In this document: positions 24,798 through 32,157 of the stretch, piece by piece | Position numbering within the stretch: position 1 is the first letter of the stretch | How the letters are laid out: every line of letters starts with the position of its first letter | Translations under genes and position numbers: made by a program | Source: Candidatus Micrarchaeia archaeon | GTDB lineage: Archaea; Micrarchaeota; Micrarchaeia; Burarchaeales; JAVZCV01 | Assembly: GCA_038874215.1 (NCBI GenBank) | Contig: JAVZCV010000004.1 | Location: 1-36,527, forward strand | Length of the DNA stretch: 36,527 nt | Reading direction: 5' to 3' | The notes under the pieces: generated by a model | Database searches by the model: none | Told to the model about the DNA's origin: nothing | What the model saw: the letters and a program-made list of their open reading frames with translations, nothing else

Positions 24798-27585
24798 GAT
24801 AGAGCAAGATATAACAGAATATTGGAAGAAAAATGATATTTTCAATAAAGTACAGCTTCAGGCAAAAGGCGAAAAGTTCTATTTCTGTGACGGCCCTCCA
24901 TACGCAACTGGTAGCATACATCCTGGAACTGCGTGGAACAAATGCATAAAGGACCTCGTTTGCCGTTTCAAGAGGGCGAGAGGCTTCAGCGTCAGAAGTC
25001 AGGCAGGATATGATACGCATGGCCTGCCAATAGAGCACAAAGTTGAGCAGGAGCTCGGGCTGAAATCCAAAAAAGAAATAGAGGAGCGTGGAATAGAGAA
25101 CTTCATAAAGGAATGCAAGAAATACGCAACCAAATACATCAGCGTGATGTCAGGCCAGTTTATGAGCCTTGGAGTTTGGCTTGATTTTGAAAACCCCTAC
25201 ATCACGTATTTTGATGAATATATAGAGAAAAGCTGGGCAACGATAGGGAAGGCATGGGAAAAAGGGCTTCTCGTTGAGGGCGAATACGTGCTCCCCATAT
25301 GCCCACGTTGCGAGACAACGATGGCAAACTACGAGCTTGAATATGAGGATAGGGATGACCCATCAATATATGTGAAGTTCGCTGTTGAGGGGAAGGAAAA
25401 CGAATATTTACTTATATGGACGACAACCCCATGGACGCTAATCGGAAACAGGGCAGTAATGGTTCATCCCGATTACACATATGTTAAGGTAAAAGTGGAT
25501 GATGAAGTTTGGGTTGTTGCGAAAGAACTTCTTGAAAGGGTTTCAGAAGCAGTTGGCATATCCCCTATTGTGCTTGAGGAGTTTGAAGGAAAACAGCTTG
25601 AAGGCATTAAGTACATCCATCCTTTCCAGAATAGGACATGCCCCGTAGTTACAAGCGACCGCTTCGTTACACTTGAAGACGGCACTGGGCTTGTCCACTG
25701 CGCGCCTGGCCATGGACCAGAAGACTACACAGTGGGCAAAGAGAAGGGGATAGAGATATACTGCCCTGTTGATATGCGCGGCAGATACACGGAAGGAAAA
25801 TACAAGGGCATTTTCGTAAAAGATGCCGATCCACTGATAATAGACGAATTAAAAAAAGAAGGAACTCTCGTTTACGAAGGAAAAATCAGGCACCGCTACC
25901 CGCACTGCTGGAGATGCAAGACCCCCCTCATCTTCATAGCGACAAAACAGTGGTTTATCGCTGTTAGCAAACTTAGGGAAAAAATGCTCTCTGAAATTGA
26001 AAGGTGCAGATGGCAGCCAGAGTTTGCGAAAACATGGTTCATAAACTTCGTCTCTGTTGCGCCAGACTGGTGCATATCAAGGCAGAGATACTGGGGGATA
26101 CCCCTTCCAATATGGGTTTGCGAAAAATGTGGAAAAAAGAAGGTCGTTTCATCAAAAGCAGAGCTCGGAGCAGACGTTGAGCTCCACCGCCCCTATATTG
26201 ACAAAATAAAACTCAAGTGCGAATGCGGAGGCACGATGAACCGTGTGAAAGATGTCGTTGATGTATGGTTTGATTCTGGGAATGCCGTATGGGCTTCGCT
26301 GAAAGATGGAGAAGAACAATGGTATCCCGCAGACTTCATAGTTGAGGGCAAGGACCAGATAAGGGGCTGGTTCTATTCCCTTCTCGGCTGCGGCGTTGTT
26401 CTGAGAGACGCAATTCCCTACCTATCTCTTCTCATGCATGGGCATTTCGTTGATGAGAAAGGGGAGAAGATGAGCAAAAGTCTGGGCAACTTCGTCCCGC
26501 TTGAGGAGATAATAGAGAAGCACGGGGCCGATGCATTTCGCTTATGGAGCCTAAGCAGCACCGTATGGGAAGACTTGAAGTTCAATTGGAGTGAGCTAAG
26601 CGAAGCGAATTCAGATCTATCGGTTATATGGAACATAGGCGTTTTTATAAAGCGTTTCATTCCCGAGAACAATGCTTTCAGTAGGAGGATGCCCAACTAT
26701 TCGCTGGAGGATAGATGGCTTGTATCGCGCATGAATACAACTATGAGAGATGTTACAAGGGCTTTTGAGGACTACCGCATACACGACGGTGTCAGACTCC
26801 TCAGGAAGTTTATAGTTGAGGATGTGAGCAGATTCTACATGAAAATACTGAAAGCAAGGATGCAAGAGAAGGAAAGCAGCGCCGAACAGCTAAGCACTCT
26901 CTACTCATGCTACTTTGATTTTCTCAGGCTTTTCTCGCCAGTGTGCCCCTTCATATCCGAGAAGCTCTACCTTGAAATATACAAAAAGGATTACGAAAAA
27001 GAGAGCATAAGCATGCACGAGTGGCCGTCTGGTGGCGAGGCTGATGAGGAGCTTGAAAGCACCATGGAGCAGGCACAGCACATAATCGCCGCCGCATCAA
27101 ACGCGCGGCAGAAGGCAAACATAAAACTCAGATGGCCCGTCAGGGAAATAGTCGTTAAAACATCTTCTGAAAAGGCAAGAAAGGCTATAGAACTGCATAG
27201 AGACATAATACTTTGCCTATCAAACGCAAAGGACATTTCAGTTTCAGAAACAGAGCCCCGTGGCGATTACGAGTGTTCAGAATTTTCTGATGGGTTTGTC
27301 TATGTGAGCAAGGCAATGACAGAGGAACTCAAAAACGAGGCTCTGGCGCGCGAAATAATACGCAGAATACAGAGCATGCGGAAAGATGCGAATCTGATAG
27401 AGAAAGACCGCATTAAAGTTGAATTAGACGGAAGCGATGCCATTCTCAATGCGCTCAGAAAAAACTACGATCACATAAAAGCGCGCGTTAACGCAACCGA
27501 GATAGAAACAAAAAAAGAAATAAAAGGTAAGAGATGGCAGATGGATGAAGAGTTTCTCGTCATAAGAATTGAGAAAACTTTTTAA
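24790..27585 (+). CDS. ileS: Isoleucine--tRNA ligase
   Basis: DGPPYATG..HPGT (HIGH variant), GYDTHGLPIE, IWTTTPWTL, GTGLVHCAPGHG, DWCISRQRYWG, EGKDQIRGWF, KMSKS. Start trimmed to the ATG at 24790. Confidence 0.97.
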   Translation: MHEIEQDITEYWKKNDIFNKVQLQAKGEKFYFCDGPPYATGSIHPGTAWNKCIKDLVCRFKRARGFSVRSQAGYDTHGLPIEHKVEQELGLKSKKEIEERGIENFIKECKKYATKYISVMSGQFMSLGVWLDFENPYITYFDEYIEKSWATIGKAWEKGLLVEGEYVLPICPRCETTMANYELEYEDRDDPSIYVKFAVEGKENEYLLIWTTTPWTLIGNRAVMVHPDYTYVKVKVDDEVWVVAKELLERVSEAVGISPIVLEEFEGKQLEGIKYIHPFQNRTCPVVTSDRFVTLEDGTGLVHCAPGHGPEDYTVGKEKGIEIYCPVDMRGRYTEGKYKGIFVKDADPLIIDELKKEGTLVYEGKIRHRYPHCWRCKTPLIFIATKQWFIAVSKLREKMLSEIERCRWQPEFAKTWFINFVSVAPDWCISRQRYWGIPLPIWVCEKCGKKKVVSSKAELGADVELHRPYIDKIKLKCECGGTMNRVKDVVDVWFDSGNAVWASLKDGEEQWYPADFIVEGKDQIRGWFYSLLGCGVVLRDAIPYLSLLMHGHFVDEKGEKMSKSLGNFVPLEEIIEKHGADAFRLWSLSSTVWEDLKFNWSELSEANSDLSVIWNIGVFIKRFIPENNAFSRRMPNYSLEDRWLVSRMNTTMRDVTRAFEDYRIHDGVRLLRKFIVEDVSRFYMKILKARMQEKESSAEQLSTLYSCYFDFLRLFSPVCPFISEKLYLEIYKKDYEKESISMHEWPSGGEADEELESTMEQAQHIIAAASNARQKANIKLRWPVREIVVKTSSEKARKAIELHRDIILCLSNAKDISVSETEPRGDYECSEFSDGFVYVSKAMTEELKNEALAREIIRRIQSMRKDANLIEKDRIKVELDGSDAILNALRKNYDHIKARVNATEIETKKEIKGKRWQMDEEFLVIRIEKTF

Positions 27586-27607
27586 ACAACAGATGCGCAA
27601 TTATATC

Positions 27608-27721
27608 ATGGACATTCTCGGCACGATAAGGCGTATTGTAGTAGGGGAGGAGAGCGCCGACGCAGCGATAGAGTTCATAAAAGAGAACGATAGCAGACCT
27701 TTTTACCTTGAGAAGAGATAG
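27608..27721 (+). CDS. Possible 37-aa small protein
   Basis: MDILGTIRRIVVGEESADAAIEFIKENDSRPFYLEKR; TTTTAAA about 22-28 nt upstream; codon style like neighbouring genes. An in-frame ATG also exists at 27593. Confidence 0.4.
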   Translation: MDILGTIRRIVVGEESADAAIEFIKENDSRPFYLEKR

Positions 27722-27765
27722 TCTCCAGCAGCTCCCCTTAATCGCATCAATGCGAAGTAGCCCAG

Positions 27766-27945
27766 CTAACGCGATTTGAATTCCTGCCTTTTCTTATTGT
27801 CCGACCAGCAATCCTTGCATATGACTATCCTCTCAACTTTTGAGAGCCTTCTTGATGATTTGATGCACGAGACGCATACGAGTCTCTGGCAAAAATCACA
27901 GTTCTCAAGCAGGTGTATTTCCTTTGAGCATCTCTGGCATATCAT
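27766..27945 (-). CDS. 59-aa double zinc-finger protein (4x CxxC, FYVE-like spacing)
   Basis: Not in the ORF track; MICQRCSKEIHLLENCDFCQRLVCVSCIKSSRRLSKVERIVICKDCWSDNKKRQEFKSR; GTGAGGT RBS upstream. Confidence 0.85.
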   Translation of the reverse strand: MICQRCSKEIHLLENCDFCQRLVCVSCIKSSRRLSKVERIVICKDCWSDNKKRQEFKSR

Positions 27946-28005
27946 ATTTAAACCTCACGGCTTCTTCTTTAAGACTGCAAATTATATATGTTTTTTGGTG
28001 CTTCA

Positions 28006-29250
28006 ATGCGCGTCTATATTGAAACATACGGTTGCACGCTCAACAAATCGGATTCAGAACTCATGGAGACGCTTTTGAGGAGAGATTTCTCTATTTCCAG
28101 AAAAATTGAAGACTCTGATGTGGTTGTTATAAACACATGCTCGGTAAAAACACCTACAGAGCACAAAATGCTCCGTAGAATATGGGAAATAACAAGAATG
28201 CATAGAAAACCAATAGTTGTTGCTGGTTGCCTTGCTGCAGCCGAACCACTCAAAGTAAGGCGCATATCACCAAACGCCGTTCTTGTTTATCCGCGCTCGG
28301 CCGCAAAAATAAAAAATGCAGTCTTATCCGCATTTTATGGAGAGCGCGCGGATTATACTGTTTATGAATCCAAGGAAATATCCCGTGATAACTGCGGCAT
28401 CATAGCCAGCATACCAATAGCAGAGGGCTGCACTGGAAAATGTACATTCTGTCAGACGAGAATTGCAAGAGGCCCACTGAGAAGCTATAGCGCTGGATGG
28501 GTTGTTGGCGAAGTAAGGAGACGGGTTGAAAAGGGAGCGCGAGAAATACGTTTAACAGCGCAGGATGTAGGCTCTTTTGGCAAGGACAGCGGCGAAGACC
28601 TCCCCTCGCTCATAGAAAAAATATGTGCTATTGAAGGCGAATTCATGGTCAGAATCGGCATGCTTAACCCTAAGCATTTAGCTGAAGACAAAAGCTTGCT
28701 TGACATATTCAAGCACGAGAAAGTTTACAAGTTTCTGCATTTGCCCGTTCAGAGCGGTAGCGACAAGGTGCTCTCAGACATGGGTAGAGAATACACCGTA
28801 GAAGAATTTGAGAAACAAGTTGATAGATTCAGAAGAATATCAGAGCACACAACGCTATCAACAGACATAATAGCAGGTTATCCTACTGAAAGCAACGATG
28901 ATTTTGAGAGAACTATTCGTCTTATTGAGCGCATTAGGCCCGAGGTTGTTAACATCTCCCGCTATTCGCACAGGCTTGGAACACCTGCATCAAAACTCAA
29001 AGAACTTCCGAAAAGCACGGTCGCAGAAAGGAGTTCAATCCTACACAAGATTTGCACGCTGATAGTACGTGAGAAAAACAAAGAGCTTGTTGGTAAGAGA
29101 GTCCGCGTTCTCGCAACGTGTAAAAAAGAAGGGAGGACAACTTTCTATAGGAGAGCAGTTTTTGAGGAAATGAAAGAGGGAGAGTTTTTTAATGCAGATG
29201 TAGTTCATGCCACAAAGGGCGCTCTCCTCGTTGTACCAACTCTGCAATAA
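28006..29250 (+). CDS. tRNA t6A37 C2-methylthiotransferase (archaeal MiaB-like / e-MtaB radical SAM enzyme)
   Basis: ETYGCTLNKSDSE, NTCSVK, VAGCL, EGCTGKCTFC (CX3CX2C), HLPVQSGSD, TDIIAGYPTE. Start trimmed to the ATG at 28006. Confidence 0.92.
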   Translation: MRVYIETYGCTLNKSDSELMETLLRRDFSISRKIEDSDVVVINTCSVKTPTEHKMLRRIWEITRMHRKPIVVAGCLAAAEPLKVRRISPNAVLVYPRSAAKIKNAVLSAFYGERADYTVYESKEISRDNCGIIASIPIAEGCTGKCTFCQTRIARGPLRSYSAGWVVGEVRRRVEKGAREIRLTAQDVGSFGKDSGEDLPSLIEKICAIEGEFMVRIGMLNPKHLAEDKSLLDIFKHEKVYKFLHLPVQSGSDKVLSDMGREYTVEEFEKQVDRFRRISEHTTLSTDIIAGYPTESNDDFERTIRLIERIRPEVVNISRYSHRLGTPASKLKELPKSTVAERSSILHKICTLIVREKNKELVGKRVRVLATCKKEGRTTFYRRAVFEEMKEGEFFNADVVHATKGALLVVPTLQ

Positions 29251-29385
29251 ACATCTGATGGATTTATAGTGGATGCTCGGCGTTCAGGCTCTACGCCAGA
29301 ATGCCTGCATCAAACGCTGCACGTCTATAATTAGCTATAGAGTTTTCCATCCGCTACGAGGGGTGACGTTTGTTCATCGCAGCCC
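29242..29385. other. About 140-nt nested imperfect inverted-repeat element (candidate ncRNA or DNA foldback)
   Basis: 29242-29253 pairs with 29371-29382; GATGGA (29257-62) with TCCATC (29346-51); inner hairpin GATGC-TC-GGCGTTC...GAATGCC-T-GCATC (29272-29311). Confidence 0.45.
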
Positions 29386-29507
29386 GTATCTAACCATTCT
29401 CATGCATAATTTGTACAAAAAAATTGTATATTATTGTATAAACATTCATTATAATGTGAGAAAAATATATATATTATTCCAAATAAAACAGGACATTGGG
29501 TGATTGT

Positions 29508-30809
29508 ATGGTTTTTTTGAAAAAGAACCTTGCTTTTGTACTTGTGATCTCGCTGCTTTCGGCAACGGCTTTTGCTGGTTCAGACGGCGTTGATAGCGGC
29601 GACACTGCTTGGATGCTTGCGTCGGCCGCACTCGTGATGCTGATGACGCCCGCGCTTGGGTTTTTCTACGCGGGCATGGTTCACCAGAAAAACATGCTTT
29701 CCCTCCTAATGCATTCGTTTACTATACTCTGCGTTGCAAGCATACTTTGGGTTTTGGTTGGCTACTCGCTGGCCTTTTCACCTAATGGCGGCCTGATAGG
29801 GACGCTTGACTGGGCCCTCTTAAAGGGAGTGGGCTACGAACCATTTGAGAAGTATGCAGCGAGCGTTCCGCACCTCGCTTTCATGATATTCCAGGCAAAA
29901 TTCGCAATAATCACCCCTGCACTCATAGTCGGGGCTTTCGTGGGAAGGTTCAGGTTCCCTGCGTTCGTGCTTTTCGTTATACTATGGAGCCTGATGATTT
30001 ACTACCCAGTGGCGCACTGGGTATGGGGAATAGGCGGATGGCTCAGGGATATGGGTGTCTTAGACTTCGCGGGCGGGACCGTTGTGCACATAACAGCAGG
30101 CTTTTCGGCATTGGCATGCGCCATAGTGGTAGGAAGGAGGAAGGACTTTAAGAGCGGTGACGAAAAGCCGTCAAGCGTGCCTTTCATCGTTTTGGGCACC
30201 GCGTTGCTGTGGTTCGGCTGGTTTGGGTTCAACGCCGGAAGCGCCCTTAGCGCGTCAAGCCTTGCAGTGAATGCCTTCGTGGTTACAAACACCGCAGCGG
30301 CAGCCGCAGCGATTACCTGGATGGTCCTTACATGGGTCTTCAACAGGAAGCCTTCTCTCGTAGGGAGTTGTATAGGCGCTGTTGTTGGTCTTGTGGCAAT
30401 AACTCCTGCGTCGGGCTTCGTGGACAACACTGCCGCCATACTGATAGGAATCGTGGCAGGAACTGCCTCCTATATCGTGGTATCATGGAGGGTACGGTCA
30501 CACATAGACGATACATTAGATGTTTTTGCTTGCCACGGTGTAGGCGGCGTCACGGGCGCTCTGTTAACAGGTGTGTTTGCAAGCATGGCGGTCAACCCTG
30601 CGGGAGCTGATGGGCTGATAAATGGTAATGCAAGCCTACTCCTCAAGCAGGCACTCGCCGTGTGCTCAGTTGCGGCGTATTCGTTCGTGACGACAGTCGT
30701 CATACTGAAGCTGATAGGCATTGTCATGGAGATACGCGAGCGTGAAGAGTATGAGGAAATAGGGCTAGACCTCGCACAACTTGGAGAAAGGGCTTTTTCC
30801 TATACCTAG
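29508..30809 (+). CDS. amtB: Ammonium transporter
   Basis: GDTAW..LVMLMTPALGFFYAG, FQAKFAIIT, AHWVWG, DFAGGTVVH, LWFGWFGFNAGS, DDTLDVFACHG (twin His), E.IGLD C-terminal motif; GGGTGA RBS before the ATG at 29508. Confidence 0.96.
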   Translation: MVFLKKNLAFVLVISLLSATAFAGSDGVDSGDTAWMLASAALVMLMTPALGFFYAGMVHQKNMLSLLMHSFTILCVASILWVLVGYSLAFSPNGGLIGTLDWALLKGVGYEPFEKYAASVPHLAFMIFQAKFAIITPALIVGAFVGRFRFPAFVLFVILWSLMIYYPVAHWVWGIGGWLRDMGVLDFAGGTVVHITAGFSALACAIVVGRRKDFKSGDEKPSSVPFIVLGTALLWFGWFGFNAGSALSASSLAVNAFVVTNTAAAAAAITWMVLTWVFNRKPSLVGSCIGAVVGLVAITPASGFVDNTAAILIGIVAGTASYIVVSWRVRSHIDDTLDVFACHGVGGVTGALLTGVFASMAVNPAGADGLINGNASLLLKQALAVCSVAAYSFVTTVVILKLIGIVMEIREREEYEEIGLDLAQLGERAFSYT

Positions 30810-30811
30810 AA

Positions 30812-31007
30812 GAATGGCAGCCATTCCGTGCGGCCATGCATCGCCTATCCAAAGCGCAATATGCTGGCCGCTTATCTTCCCCTTTATTCCACACAAAGAA
30901 GAGGATTTTGGAGAGCACTTCGCTGTGCGCATGAGCATGAGGCCGCTCAACCCCAATCATCCCCAAGCTCGGAACGCCAGCATCAACGCTATTCTGCAAA
31001 AAGCGCC
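30812..31007 (-). ncRNA. Candidate structured non-coding RNA of about 200 nt, family not recognised
   Basis: Nested helices with G-U wobbles that work only on the minus strand; TTTTAAAT (31038-31031) 24 nt upstream of G31007; no convincing ORF. Confidence 0.55.
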
Positions 31008-31052
31008 ACATGTACCAACCCACAATAAGCATTTAAAAGCGGTTGCAGATAT

Positions 31053-31796
31053 ATGCTTATGGTGCGCGCACTTTTCCGCAACACGCTTAACTCAGTAATG
31101 CGAAACTTCAGGCTTATAGCTTTCTTCTCGGTTCCCTTTCTAATCGCCTTCCTAATACCCATGCTATCGCCAATGCCGAGCTTCGTTGCGATAGGTGGCA
31201 CATTCCTCCGCTTCAGCAGCATTCCCACAGACACGAGTACAGCAGATGCAATAATAATATCCGTTTTCTTCCTCGCTTCCCTGTTCCTCATGTGCTTTGC
31301 TGTTGTAAACATAAATGTTGTGGTTAAATCTGAAAGGACGATTACGAACATAAGGAGAGAAGTAATAGACGGAATAGGCAAATACACCACGAAGTTGCTC
31401 TTGATATACCTGACTGCGCAGCTTGCATGCCTCGCAGCAGACTTGCTTTTCTATGAATACAACATGCACAGAACTCTCGGAACTCTTTTCTCTACAATAG
31501 TATACGCAGCGCTCATTTTCGTACCGCCCGCCCTCGTGATAGACGACCTAAGGCCTTTCAGGGCTATTGAAATGAGCGTGAAGATGCTCATTAAAAAATT
31601 CCCACTTTTCCTGCTCTGGGTTCTTATCGGCATTATCCTCCTAACCTTGCTTGATTTAATTCTCATGCTCATCAAGCCATTCTTTTTCTACACCCAGCTA
31701 CTTCTTCTCGTGATAAACTCCCTCTTCATAGTGCCTTTCCTCGTTGTTTTGCTGGCGCACATATACATGGGCAAATATACTATCGTTGGAGAATAG
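31053..31796 (+). CDS. Hypothetical polytopic membrane protein (about 6 TM helices)
   Basis: Six hydrophobic segments; FVPPALVIDDL..FRAIEMS motif typical of uncharacterised archaeal membrane families. Confidence 0.8.
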   Translation: MLMVRALFRNTLNSVMRNFRLIAFFSVPFLIAFLIPMLSPMPSFVAIGGTFLRFSSIPTDTSTADAIIISVFFLASLFLMCFAVVNINVVVKSERTITNIRREVIDGIGKYTTKLLLIYLTAQLACLAADLLFYEYNMHRTLGTLFSTIVYAALIFVPPALVIDDLRPFRAIEMSVKMLIKKFPLFLLWVLIGIILLTLLDLILMLIKPFFFYTQLLLLVINSLFIVPFLVVLLAHIYMGKYTIVGE

Positions 31797-31806
31797 CCCG
31801 TGGAAT

Positions 31807-32157
31807 TTATGCACCAAGTGCCCAATACAGCACGGCCGCGATTAAAAATAGTGAAAGCGCATACGATATTATAACCTCGGTAATGCTATGGCCCCTCAGT
31901 ATTCCCTTCTTTCTCAAATAAATTATATACGGGACAAGCTGAACGAGCATTAGTATGAGGAAAAACAGAAGCATGTATGACCAGCTAGCATACACGTATT
32001 CTGCAATACCCTGCTTTGAACCAAGAATGCTACCCACCCTGAAGTATGCGAAAGAAAACAACAGAACCGTTGCAAAACTCCTCAACACATACATCATAGG
32101 AATTACCTTTGCCGAATTCGTGAAGTTCGGATTTTTTAAAACACCATAAGTTTTCAT
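31807..32157 (-). CDS. Hypothetical membrane protein (about 3 TM helices)
   Basis: Starts immediately after the ABCE1 stop codon; three hydrophobic segments. Confidence 0.7.
   Translation of the reverse strand: MKTYGVLKNPNFTNSAKVIPMMYVLRSFATVLLFSFAYFRVGSILGSKQGIAEYVYASWSYMLLFFLILMLVQLVPYIIYLRKKGILRGHSITEVIISYALSLFLIAAVLYWALGA

Noticed and set aside
24790-27585. Non-canonical HIGH motif (HPGT) in IleRS
   Set aside because: HxGT variants are common in archaeal IleRS; no functional claim can be supported from sequence alone.
29273-29503. 76-aa plus-strand ORF upstream of amtB
   Set aside because: No RBS, atypical composition, and it runs through the AT-rich amtB promoter.
29242-31007. Identification of the amtB-flanking elements as SRP RNA, RNase P RNA, tRNA-Sec or a hammerhead ribozyme
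   Set aside because: The required conserved motifs (CAGG-GNRA-AGCA helix 8, GAGGAAAGUCC, TTCRA T-loop, CUGANGA/GAAA core) were not found in the right arrangement.
30724-31032. 102-aa minus-strand ORF downstream of amtB
   Set aside because: Overlaps the amtB 3' end in antisense, has no recognisable features, and the region is better explained by base-paired structure; not fully excluded.
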